NCBI GenBank assembly: GCA_964654675.1
Contig: CAZZKP010000002.1
Location: 1 to 37,413 of the forward strand
DNA: 37,413 bases
DNA from: an uncultured Bifidobacterium sp.
Lineage (GTDB): Bacteria > Bacteroidota > Bacteroidia > NS11-12g > UBA955
Reading direction: 5' to 3'
Positions 16,935-25,394 of the stretch are shown one piece after another. Within the stretch, counting starts at the first letter, position 1. Every line of letters begins with the position of its first letter. The notes under the pieces were generated by a model that saw only the letters and a list, made by a program, of their open reading frames with translations, was not told where the DNA came from and ran no database searches. The position numbers and the translations under genes were made by a program.

Positions 16935-16942
16935 CAAATATA
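16935..16942 (-). promoter_or_regulatory. Candidate -7 promoter box (TATATTTG) for rimP-nusA-infB
   Basis: It matches TAnnTTTG on the minus strand, about 25 nt upstream of the leader hairpin. Confidence 0.45.
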
Positions 16943-17046
16943 CTACAATTCAGAAAAATCTCAAAATGAAATTAATCAATGTTATAATCCATGGGTTTTG
17001 GCCAACAGATTGATTTATTGGATTGATTCATTATTTGATGAAAGGT

Positions 17047-17925
17047 CTATTCTTGAATGAATGCTTCGATAATTTTGACATCTTTTTTTGGACGATCTGC
17101 GCTACCGGTTGGTTCATTTTCGATGGCGCTCAGGACGTTGTACCCTGAAACCAACTTGCCAAAAACTGTGTAGTTATTGTCTAAACTGGGGGCGCCTCCC
17201 CAATGGGCATATCGTTGTCTTACTTCTGCAGGCATGTTGGCATATAGTTCATCAATGATCGGCTGCATTTTGGTATGTACTTCTTTTTCCAATTCTTGCA
17301 TCGCTGCCATATTTCCAGACTGGCTGAGGGCTTGACCTTTCATTACTGTTTCTCTATTTGACGGATCTTTTTTGAAGATCTCAAACGCCTGTGCTTCGAG
17401 AGATTGTTTTAGATGCAACTCGTCCAGAAGTGTTCCGGTGACGATGAAGAACTGAGAACCACTGCTGTTTTTCATCGGATTGACTTCGTCGCTTTGTCTG
17501 GCGGCTGACAATGCACCTTTGAAATGGTATAAGTTCGGTTTGATTTCGCTAGGGACAGTGTAATTGGGACCACCATCACCCAACATGGCTGTTGGACCTG
17601 CATTGATTGATTTTGGATCACCCGTTTGGATCATGAAGTCTTTGATCACGCGATGAAATAGATGTCCATTGTAGAATTTTGACTTTACCAATTTTAGGAA
17701 ATTCTCAGTATGTTGTTTTTGTTCGGGATTCAGCGCCAATGTCAAATTGCCTGCGGTTGTTTTAAGCACTACCCTGGGCCATTCTGCAGGTGCAGTTGAA
17801 TCACTGTAATCCCCAGAGTCAGCAACCACTGAATTTTTTGCGCTGTCTACCACGTTTGTTTCTGTGTGGTTACTGCAACTGGCCAAAGCCATCATGAAAG
17901 GAATTATTAAAGCATATTTCATCAT
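17047..17925 (-). CDS. Cyclophilin-type peptidyl-prolyl cis-trans isomerase, lipoprotein
   Basis: Cyclophilin motifs FHRVIKDFMIQTGDP and GSQFFIV are present. The lipobox is MALASCSN. A helical insertion sits before the C-terminal strand. Confidence 0.9.
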   Translation of the reverse strand: MMKYALIIPFMMALASCSNHTETNVVDSAKNSVVADSGDYSDSTAPAEWPRVVLKTTAGNLTLALNPEQKQHTENFLKLVKSKFYNGHLFHRVIKDFMIQTGDPKSINAGPTAMLGDGGPNYTVPSEIKPNLYHFKGALSAARQSDEVNPMKNSSGSQFFIVTGTLLDELHLKQSLEAQAFEIFKKDPSNRETVMKGQALSQSGNMAAMQELEKEVHTKMQPIIDELYANMPAEVRQRYAHWGGAPSLDNNYTVFGKLVSGYNVLSAIENEPTGSADRPKKDVKIIEAFIQE

Positions 17926-17971
17926 CGTAGTTCAAATAAACTAAGTTTTTTGCGGGAAATGATAGAATTGA

Positions 17972-18337
17972 CTATTGAAATTGAATTATTTCTTCATTTT
18001 CAAAATACTCGACGATGTGTTGTCGAATTAAATTCTCTTGCTCCAAATAACCCAAATTCGGCAGTGGGATAATGTTCCGCCAAGCAGGCCAACCGTTTTG
18101 ATCAGAACCAATGTGTTCGTAATAACCCGAATAGCTTAAAATTTTGCATGTTGCGATATGCATTAAATGGACTTTTTCCTCTTTGGAAAAGGGTTTATCC
18201 CGCAATTCACCCAGTTCTCTTACCCCGATGAGAAATAAAATGGCGTTTAAATCTGGTTTTTTGTCAAAATTCTCCTCCACAAAGGCGATGATTTGTAACC
18301 ATTTGTCACGTATTTCTTGTATGAGTCCGTCTGCCAT
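17972..18337 (-). CDS. Hypothetical protein (121 aa, cytoplasmic)
   Basis: Clean ATG ORF with protein-like composition. No motif was recognised. Confidence 0.65.
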   Translation of the reverse strand: MADGLIQEIRDKWLQIIAFVEENFDKKPDLNAILFLIGVRELGELRDKPFSKEEKVHLMHIATCKILSYSGYYEHIGSDQNGWPAWRNIIPLPNLGYLEQENLIRQHIVEYFENEEIIQFQ

Positions 18338-18422
18338 ATTTTTATGACAAAGTTCGTGAATAAACGTCTGTTTTGTCTAGCATGGCTTGGTTTTTGTTAC
18401 AAGACCTCCAAATTACAATATT

Positions 18423-19988
18423 ATGTCGGCTACAAAAGACTTTTTGACTCATTTGTTTGATCGGGCAAGGAACGTTACGGATATCTTGGTAATGAAGAGG
18501 GCACGTGCTCAGAAATGGCAGGATGCAACGCTCAAAAAATTGCTTTACAAAGCGAAAAATACTGCCTATGGCCTGGAGTACGATTTTGATGGAATTCTGA
18601 TGCATTCCGATACGAGAGAGCAGTTCAAATCAAATGTGCCTATTGCAAGTTACGATGTAATGCATCCTTGGTGGCAGCGCGAATACAATGGAGAATCGGA
18701 TATTACATGGCCGGGTTCCCCCAAATATTTTGCTCTGAGTTCAGGTACTACGCAAGGTGCAAGTAAATACATTCCCGTTACAGATGCCCAACTCAAAGCA
18801 ATCATAAGAGCCAGCAGACGTCAGCTATTTGCAGTAGCAAAAACAGATGTACCCAAGGATTTTTTCACCAAACATTACCTAATGATCGGGGGAAGCACAG
18901 ATTTGAATTTCGATGGGAAAAAATACAGCGGGGATTTGAGTGGTATTTCTGTGGCGAATTTGCCTTTTTGGTTTGATCGATTTGCGGTTCCCACAGAAGA
19001 AATCAAAAAAGAGCGTGATTGGCATCATAAAGTGGAGACGATGGTGAACGAGGCACCCAATTGGGATGTCGCTATGATTGCGGGTGCTCCTGCATGGGTA
19101 AAAATGCTATTAGAGAAAATTATCGAGCGTTATCAGTTAAACAACATTCATGAAATTTGGCCTCATTTGAGTGTATACACTTGGGGTGCCATTTCAATTA
19201 CGCCCTACAAGAGTCAGATAGAGGCGATGATGGGACGACCGATACACTATTTTGAATCGTATTTGTGCAGTGAGGGCTTTGTGGCTTCGCAAACAAAATT
19301 GAACGCCTCAGGAATGGGTTTGGTGTTTAGGAACAATACGTATTTTGAGTTTATCCCTTTCAATGAACAGAATTTTGATGAAGCCGGAGAAGTGAGGCCA
19401 GGGGCAAGAGCATTGGACTTGGATGAGGTGGAAGAGGGTGTAAATTATGCCATTTTGATTAGCACTTGCGCCGGAGCTTGGCGTTATTTAATTGGCGATA
19501 TCATACAATTCACCAATGTGGATGCTTGTGAGATAAAAATTACAGGTAGGACCAAGCAATATTTGAGTTTATGCGGTGAGCATTTGAGTGTTGAGAACAT
19601 GAATCAGGCAACGGATTTAACAGCTAGAGATATGGGATCACCCATTTCTGAATACTGTGTCCGTGGTTTAAAATTGGCAAATGGTGAAATGGGACATCGA
19701 TGGTATGTGTCTTACCCCGCAGGTCAAGCAAAGCCCGATGCGGAAAAGTTAAGGTTGATATTAGACCAACACCTATGTGTTTTGAACGATGATTATGCTA
19801 CCGAGAGACAACACATATTAAAAACGATGGAAATGCATGTTCTGCCAGAGACAGACTTTTTGGATTTTCTTGAAACAAAAGGAAAATTGGGCGGACAAAG
19901 TAAGTTCCCACGTGTGATGCCTGAGGCGATGTATCAAGATTGGATCCGTTTCTTGTGCGATCGATATCAAACTGATACTTTTGTTTAG
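18423..19988 (+). CDS. GH3 family (auxin-responsive GH3-like) adenylate-forming protein
   Basis: It has the LSSGTTQGASKYIPVT nucleotide-binding motif, and its length and layout are typical of bacterial GH3 homologues. ATG 18423 is preferred. Confidence 0.82.
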   Translation: MSATKDFLTHLFDRARNVTDILVMKRARAQKWQDATLKKLLYKAKNTAYGLEYDFDGILMHSDTREQFKSNVPIASYDVMHPWWQREYNGESDITWPGSPKYFALSSGTTQGASKYIPVTDAQLKAIIRASRRQLFAVAKTDVPKDFFTKHYLMIGGSTDLNFDGKKYSGDLSGISVANLPFWFDRFAVPTEEIKKERDWHHKVETMVNEAPNWDVAMIAGAPAWVKMLLEKIIERYQLNNIHEIWPHLSVYTWGAISITPYKSQIEAMMGRPIHYFESYLCSEGFVASQTKLNASGMGLVFRNNTYFEFIPFNEQNFDEAGEVRPGARALDLDEVEEGVNYAILISTCAGAWRYLIGDIIQFTNVDACEIKITGRTKQYLSLCGEHLSVENMNQATDLTARDMGSPISEYCVRGLKLANGEMGHRWYVSYPAGQAKPDAEKLRLILDQHLCVLNDDYATERQHILKTMEMHVLPETDFLDFLETKGKLGGQSKFPRVMPEAMYQDWIRFLCDRYQTDTFV

Positions 19989-20789
19989 ATGCATACAGAA
20001 TCTAGTTCCAATCATTCCCATTTAGAGCAGCAAGACTTTTTAAGTTTGGTGACCGGTATTAATCGGGAGGATGCACTATGTCATGCCCGTATTGCCAATG
20101 AACTGCCCGTAATTTCAGCGCTGTGCGAACTAATTTACGATCGGTTGAGCAAGGGGGGAAGGCTGTTTTATATGGGTGCAGGCACTTCCGGTCGATTGGG
20201 CATCGTGGATGCCAGTGAATGTCCGCCTACCTACGGAGTTCCTTTTGACAAAGTTATTGGATTGATAGCGGGTGGTGATTCCGCGATTCGAAAGGCGGTG
20301 GAGTTCGCGGAAGACGATTTTGAGCAAGGATTTCGTGATTTACAAGCATATCATGTGGGTGTTGGAGATGTTGTTGTGGGTATTGCGGCCTCCGGCCGCA
20401 CACCCTATGTAATTGGTGCTTTACGACAATGCAGAGCAAATGGCATCGCAACGGGTGCTGTGGTTTGTAACAAAAATAGTGCGATGGCTGCCGACTGCGA
20501 TATCTGCGTGGAAATAGAAACGGGTCCTGAGTTCGTTACGGGGAGTACGCGGATGAAAGCAGGTACTGCAACCAAAATGGTGCTCAACATGCTCACTACC
20601 AGTGTGATGATTCGTTTGGGGCATGTGAAGGGCAATAAAATGATCGACATGCAGCTGACCAATCATAAGTTGATTGAAAGAGGTACAAGGATGGTGATGG
20701 AAGAAACGGGATTGGCAGAATCAGCGGCGAAATCCTTATTGCTTTCGGCGGGTTCTGTGCGCAAAGCCGTTGATGCCCACCGGGGCTGA
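19989..20789 (+). CDS. murQ: N-acetylmuramic acid 6-phosphate etherase
   Basis: SIS-domain motifs GAGTSGRLG, ASECPPTYG and TGSTRMKAGTATK are present. The ATG directly follows the GH3 stop (TAGATG). Confidence 0.92.
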   Translation: MHTESSSNHSHLEQQDFLSLVTGINREDALCHARIANELPVISALCELIYDRLSKGGRLFYMGAGTSGRLGIVDASECPPTYGVPFDKVIGLIAGGDSAIRKAVEFAEDDFEQGFRDLQAYHVGVGDVVVGIAASGRTPYVIGALRQCRANGIATGAVVCNKNSAMAADCDICVEIETGPEFVTGSTRMKAGTATKMVLNMLTTSVMIRLGHVKGNKMIDMQLTNHKLIERGTRMVMEETGLAESAAKSLLLSAGSVRKAVDAHRG

Positions 20790-20839
20790 TTTCATTGTGT
20801 AGTCTGTTTTTTTGGCAATTTCCGGAAGGGCAATTTCGT

Positions 20840-21301
20840 TTATGCCAAAATTTCCCATGTTCGATCCGGTAACAATCGAACCGTATGCAAATAAGTATGG
20901 AAAGCAGCGGATTTTCCCCATTCGTAGGGTGCAATCATACTCAAAACTTGGGTGCCATCGTCTTTCTGGTACAAGTGGTACACTCCGTGAATGATGGGCT
21001 CAAAATTGAGGTCGGCTTTGTAAATGGCATGCGACATTTCCACGCGCGCTTCGATTTCTTTTGCCTGATTGATCAAAAGTTGGGCTTGTTTGCGCAGCAT
21101 TGTAATTTGTTGCTCGGCCTGATGTTGCATGCTTTCATGGGCGTTGGCAACCAACAATCGCTTGTCAATCGGTTCAATTTTGGGCGAACTGACACTGATT
21201 GCGTAGGGTGCATTGTGCATTTCTCCTTGAAAAACAGCATCCTTGAGGGCCAAGGGGCGATTGTCTGGAGCGGTTGATTCTTCGTTTTCTTGCACTAGCA
21301 T
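20840..21301 (-). CDS. DUF2452-like hypothetical protein
   Basis: 153 aa. The coiled-coil-like centre (MLRKQAQLLINQAKEIEARVE) and the C-terminal pattern (LSMIAPYEWG...TVRLLPDRTWE) match my recollection of DUF2452. The family assignment is tentative. Confidence 0.55.
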   Translation of the reverse strand: MLVQENEESTAPDNRPLALKDAVFQGEMHNAPYAISVSSPKIEPIDKRLLVANAHESMQHQAEQQITMLRKQAQLLINQAKEIEARVEMSHAIYKADLNFEPIIHGVYHLYQKDDGTQVLSMIAPYEWGKSAAFHTYLHTVRLLPDRTWEILA

Positions 21302-21350
21302 GTTTACATTAACAAAGGGGCATGGAAAAAGTTGGAATCACAGAGAAATT

Positions 21351-22352
21351 CTATGTCATTGGGTCAACAAACCCATTTTTTTGGAGTAATTCGGCAATTT
21401 GAATGGCATTTGTAGCGGCTCCTTTTCTGAGATTGTCTGATACCACCCACAAGTTAATCGCGTTCACCTCGCTCTCATCCATTCGAATTCTACCCACAAA
21501 AACATCATCTTTATCGTGGCTGTTTAATGGCATCGGGTACTCAAAATTGTTGGGATTGTCTTGCAAAGTGACACCTGGTGCAACGGTCAAGATGTCTCTG
21601 ATTTCGCTTACTGAAAGGGCTTTTTCAAAACTGGCATTAATGCTCTCTGAATGTCCGCCAACCGTTGGGATTCTCACTGTAGTGGCGGTGATTTTTAAAT
21701 CAGGCAGTCCCATAATTTTGCGGGTTTCTACCATCATTTTCCATTCTTCTTTGGTGTAGCCATCGCTCATAAAAACATCGATATGTGGCAAGGCATTTAA
21801 ATCGATGGGATGCGGATAAACCCGATCAGGAGAAATGCCGGCCCGCTCATCAAACATTTGTTGAACGGCTTTTTGACCCGTGCCTGTTACACTTTGATAG
21901 GTGCTAACTACAACGCGTTTAAGTTGAAATTTTTGGTGTAAGGGTTGCAATGCAACAACCATTTGAATGGTAGAGCAATTGGGGTTTGCTATGATTTTGT
22001 GGGAGGGCAAAATGGCATCGGGATTTACCTCGGGAACAACCAAAGGTACGTTTGGGTCCATGCGCCAAGCACTTGAATTGTCGATGACTATCGTTCCGTT
22101 GTCGGCGAATTTCGGGGCCCATTCCAAGCTAACATTTCCCCCAGCGCTAAACAAAGCGATGTCGGGTTTTGCAGCAACAGCTTGCTCAAGGGTGATTATT
22201 GGAATCGCCGTTCCCCTAAAATAGATGCTTTTTCCCATGCTATTGGCCGATGCAGCGGGTAAAAGTTCTGTTACGGGGAAATTTCTTTCCTCCAAAATTT
22301 GCAACATTTTTGTCCCCACCAATCCGGTGGCACCCACTACAGCAATTCTCAT
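21351..22352 (-). CDS. asd: Aspartate-semialdehyde dehydrogenase
   Basis: It has the Rossmann motif VVGATGLVG and the active-site motif IANPNCSTIQM. Confidence 0.95.
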   Translation of the reverse strand: MRIAVVGATGLVGTKMLQILEERNFPVTELLPAASANSMGKSIYFRGTAIPIITLEQAVAAKPDIALFSAGGNVSLEWAPKFADNGTIVIDNSSAWRMDPNVPLVVPEVNPDAILPSHKIIANPNCSTIQMVVALQPLHQKFQLKRVVVSTYQSVTGTGQKAVQQMFDERAGISPDRVYPHPIDLNALPHIDVFMSDGYTKEEWKMMVETRKIMGLPDLKITATTVRIPTVGGHSESINASFEKALSVSEIRDILTVAPGVTLQDNPNNFEYPMPLNSHDKDDVFVGRIRMDESEVNAINLWVVSDNLRKGAATNAIQIAELLQKNGFVDPMT

Positions 22353-22615
22353 GGTTGATGCATTTGAACTGGGGTATTTTCTACGGGTGTTTTTGGCATT
22401 GTTTCCGTGGTTACATCGCCAGGTTTTCCTTTGGCGGTGTCACGATGTAGGGTGTCCTTATAAAGGTCATCGAACATGGCTGCTTGATCCAAACTATCGA
22501 TGGAATCTTGACTGTTTTTTTCGCTCGCATTGAAGGCGCCTTCTGGGTTGTTTGAGCAGGCAGCAATACTCAATACGGCAACGAGGCCTAGGGCAAATGG
22601 AAGAATATTTTTCAT
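22349..22615 (-). CDS. Small hypothetical lipoprotein (88 aa, low complexity)
   Basis: ATG 22615 gives MKNILPFALGLVAVLSIAACSNN, a lipobox. Its stop overlaps the asd start as ATGA. Confidence 0.55.
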   Translation of the reverse strand: MKNILPFALGLVAVLSIAACSNNPEGAFNASEKNSQDSIDSLDQAAMFDDLYKDTLHRDTAKGKPGDVTTETMPKTPVENTPVQMHQP

Positions 22616-22617
22616 GA

Positions 22618-23106
22618 TTACCAAATTTCTAAAGTTTCTAAAAGGTCGTTCCAAAGGTCGTAATTTTTCATTCCCACCACCATTTCTTTTTCACAATCCA
22701 AGGAAATGGCTTCGAGGTGTAATGCTTTTATGTTGGAGGCGCTTTGAACGGCGGGGTCTACTTTGCTGATAGTAACATGGGGATCGCCCATGGCGATGGA
22801 CTGATTTGCTGAGGTTTGAACGATAAACTGATACTCGGCTGATAGATTTTGCTTCCAAAAATTGTAATCGTTTTGAGCACATTCGATTGCTTCCACGGGC
22901 AACAGCGTGCACCAACTTTGCACCGTTTCTAGTGTTTCAGGGGTGCTTACTTCGAGGGTGATTTTTGGTCCGGCGCACCAACCGATAATTTCTTGCACTT
23001 GCTGAATGGGTAATTCTCCTACGGAGAAACCGATCCACTCTGCCATCGCTGCCGCAGCATAACGGGCGTCGGAGAGGTCTTTTATATTGTTGAATTTAAT
23101 TAACAT
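22618..23106 (-). CDS. Hypothetical protein (162 aa)
   Basis: ATG 23106 (MLIKFNNIKDLSDARYAAAA) is preferred. The longer track ORF would overlap the E2 gene by about 180 nt. There is only a faint N-terminal resemblance to TrpF-like barrels, which is not enough to make a call. Confidence 0.55.
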   Translation of the reverse strand: MLIKFNNIKDLSDARYAAAAMAEWIGFSVGELPIQQVQEIIGWCAGPKITLEVSTPETLETVQSWCTLLPVEAIECAQNDYNFWKQNLSAEYQFIVQTSANQSIAMGDPHVTISKVDPAVQSASNIKALHLEAISLDCEKEMVVGMKNYDLWNDLLETLEIW

Positions 23107-23144
23107 ATCGCACAAAAAAGGGCTGCTAAAGCAACCCTTTTCGT

Positions 23145-24428
23145 TTATACCAATAATCGATAGGGTTCTTCTAAATATTCTTTCAGCGTTTTCAGGAATT
23201 GAGCACCCATGGCTCCATCCACAACGCGGTGGTCGCAACTCAAAGTGACTTTCATCGTCTTGACCGGTTTGATTTCTCCATTGACCACGCCTACGGTATC
23301 TTTTACCGTTCCTACAGCAAGGATACACGCGTCTGGAGGATTGATAATCGCAGTAAATTCGTCGATGCCAAACATGCCTAAGTTGCTAATGGTAAATGTA
23401 TTACCGCTCCAATCTTGGGGTTGCAATTTCTTTTCTTTGGCTTTTTTGCCATATTCCTTTACCTCAGAGCTAATTTGACTCAATGTTTTATTGTCGGCAA
23501 AACGCACAACTGGTACCAACAAACCATCTTCCACTGCCATTGCAACGCCGATGTGAATGTGGTGATTGTATCGAATTTTGGTTCCCAACCAGCTGGAGTT
23601 GATGTTTGGATTTTTGCGCAATGCAGCAGCGGCGGCTTTGATTACCAGATCGTTCATCGAAATCTTGACGTCGCTTATGGTATTCATTTGCTCACGAGCC
23701 ACAGAGGCTTTGTCCATGTTGATTTCCAAGGTCAGGTAGAAGTGTGGCGCGCTAAATTTGCTTTCTCCCAATCGGGCTGCAATGGTTTTGCGCATTTGAG
23801 AAACATTTACCTCGTGGTAGCCTTCCGTTCCTGAAACAACAGCGGTGGTGTTCATGGCCGTTGAGGCTGGGGCTGGCTTGGCAGCGGCGGGAGTAAAATT
23901 CTCTATGTCTTTCTTGACGATTCTGCCGTTTTCGCCCGAACCGTTCACTTGATGGATGTCGATGCCTTTGTCTTGCGCCAATTTTTTCGCTAGCGGGCTG
24001 GCTTTCAAGCGATCATCACCATCGATGCTTCCTTCTGTTGCTGTTACAGGGACTGAAACAGTCTGGCTGATTGGTTCAGCAGTTACGGCCGGTGCGGCTG
24101 CGGGGGTTGGAGCGGTGGGAGCGGTGGGTGCGGAAGCTGCCGGAGCTGCAGACACGGGAGCAGCGGAAAGCAAAGCGGAAAAATCTTCACCGGGGGCCCC
24201 TACAACAGCGATGACGCTATCCACGGGCGCGGCTTCACCTTCTTGCAACGCCAAGTGAAGCAGGGTTCCTTTGGCATACACTTCCATGTCCATGGTTGCC
24301 TTATCGGTTTCCACTTCAGCCAAAATATCGCCGCTTTTCACGGAGTCACCTACTTTGTAGTTCCACTTAACGATGACACCTTCGGTCATGGTGTCGCTCA
24401 TCTTGGGTAATCTAACAACTTCTGCCAT
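23145..24428 (-). CDS. 2-oxoacid (pyruvate) dehydrogenase complex E2, dihydrolipoyllysine acetyltransferase
   Basis: It has the lipoyl attachment motif ETDKATM, Ala/Pro-rich linkers, a peripheral subunit-binding domain (SPLAKKLA) and the catalytic DHRVVDG. ATG 24428 is preferred. Confidence 0.92.
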   Translation of the reverse strand: MAEVVRLPKMSDTMTEGVIVKWNYKVGDSVKSGDILAEVETDKATMDMEVYAKGTLLHLALQEGEAAPVDSVIAVVGAPGEDFSALLSAAPVSAAPAASAPTAPTAPTPAAAPAVTAEPISQTVSVPVTATEGSIDGDDRLKASPLAKKLAQDKGIDIHQVNGSGENGRIVKKDIENFTPAAAKPAPASTAMNTTAVVSGTEGYHEVNVSQMRKTIAARLGESKFSAPHFYLTLEINMDKASVAREQMNTISDVKISMNDLVIKAAAAALRKNPNINSSWLGTKIRYNHHIHIGVAMAVEDGLLVPVVRFADNKTLSQISSEVKEYGKKAKEKKLQPQDWSGNTFTISNLGMFGIDEFTAIINPPDACILAVGTVKDTVGVVNGEIKPVKTMKVTLSCDHRVVDGAMGAQFLKTLKEYLEEPYRLLV

Positions 24429-24443
24429 AATCTTATTGGACTG

Positions 24444-24451
24444 CAAACTTA
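24444..24451 (-). promoter_or_regulatory. Candidate -7 promoter box (TAAGTTTG) for the E2 gene
   Basis: It matches TAnnTTTG on the minus strand, 16 nt upstream of ATG 24428. This supports that start. Confidence 0.4.
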
Positions 24452-24512
24452 CACGATTTTTCCCTTTTAATGAGGAGTTTGGCTGTAAAAATGTTTATCA
24501 TTGTGAAGTTAA

Positions 24513-25322
24513 ATGAATACACAATCGGGCTTTGTTTATGAAGACTTTTTGCGACATGTTTTGGCACATGGGGACCGTAAGACAGATCGCACCGGCACTG
24601 GAACTGTGAGCGTTTTTGGGGGGCAGTTGCGATTTGATTTGCAAAAGGGTTTTCCGCTGATTACCACCAAGAAGGTTCACTTAAAGAGTATTATTTATGA
24701 ATTGCTTTGGTTTTTGAGGGGGGAGACGAATATTGCGTATCTCAAAGAGCACGGTGTGAGTATTTGGGATGAGTGGGCCGATGAAAATGGCGAGTTGGGT
24801 CCCGTTTATGGCAAACAGTGGCGTTCATGGGAGGCAAAAGATGGACAGGTGATTGATCAGATTTCAGAAGCGATAGAACTCATCAAGCATTCACCGGATA
24901 GTCGACGAATTATCGTAAACGCATGGAATGTGGGCGAAATTAAGCAAATGGCCTTGATGCCTTGCCATACCATGTTTCAGTTTTATGTCGCCAATGGAAA
25001 ACTCAGCTGTCAACTCTACCAACGTAGCGCCGATTTATTTTTGGGGGTGCCTTTTAACATTGCCAGTTATGCTTTGTTAACGATGATGATCGCACAGGTT
25101 TGTGGTTTACAGGCCGGGGATTTTGTTCATACGTTTGGCGATGCGCACATTTATCACAATCATATGGATCAGGTAAATCTTCAACTATCTCGCGAAGCCA
25201 GGCCTTACCCCACAATGAAAATCAATCCGAAAGTATCGAACATTTTTGAGTTCACTTTTGAGGATTTCACTGTAGAGGGATACGATCCACACCCCGCTAT
25301 CAAGGCGCCGGTTGCTATTTAA
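24513..25322 (+). CDS. thyA: Thymidylate synthase (ThyA type)
   Basis: It is near-colinear with E. coli ThyA: [42 protein letters not shown], and the catalytic Cys in MPCH. Confidence 0.97.
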   Translation: MNTQSGFVYEDFLRHVLAHGDRKTDRTGTGTVSVFGGQLRFDLQKGFPLITTKKVHLKSIIYELLWFLRGETNIAYLKEHGVSIWDEWADENGELGPVYGKQWRSWEAKDGQVIDQISEAIELIKHSPDSRRIIVNAWNVGEIKQMALMPCHTMFQFYVANGKLSCQLYQRSADLFLGVPFNIASYALLTMMIAQVCGLQAGDFVHTFGDAHIYHNHMDQVNLQLSREARPYPTMKINPKVSNIFEFTFEDFTVEGYDPHPAIKAPVAI

Positions 25323-25394
25323 ACGTTTATTTTCCCTGAGTCCCTGCGGCGTGACTTAGGTAATTGATGGCGTAGGTGTTATTTTTGTATTTTT

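Noticed and set aside
20815-20838. Direct repeat GGCAATTTC x2 flanking a TTCCGGAA palindrome between murQ and the DUF2452-like gene
   Set aside because: It is very short, occurs once and has no associated structure or gene. It is likely chance.
23145-24428. E2 gene without adjacent E1 alpha/beta or E3 genes, a possible orphan E2
   Set aside because: Unlinked PDH component genes are common in Bacteroidota. This cannot be judged from a single window.
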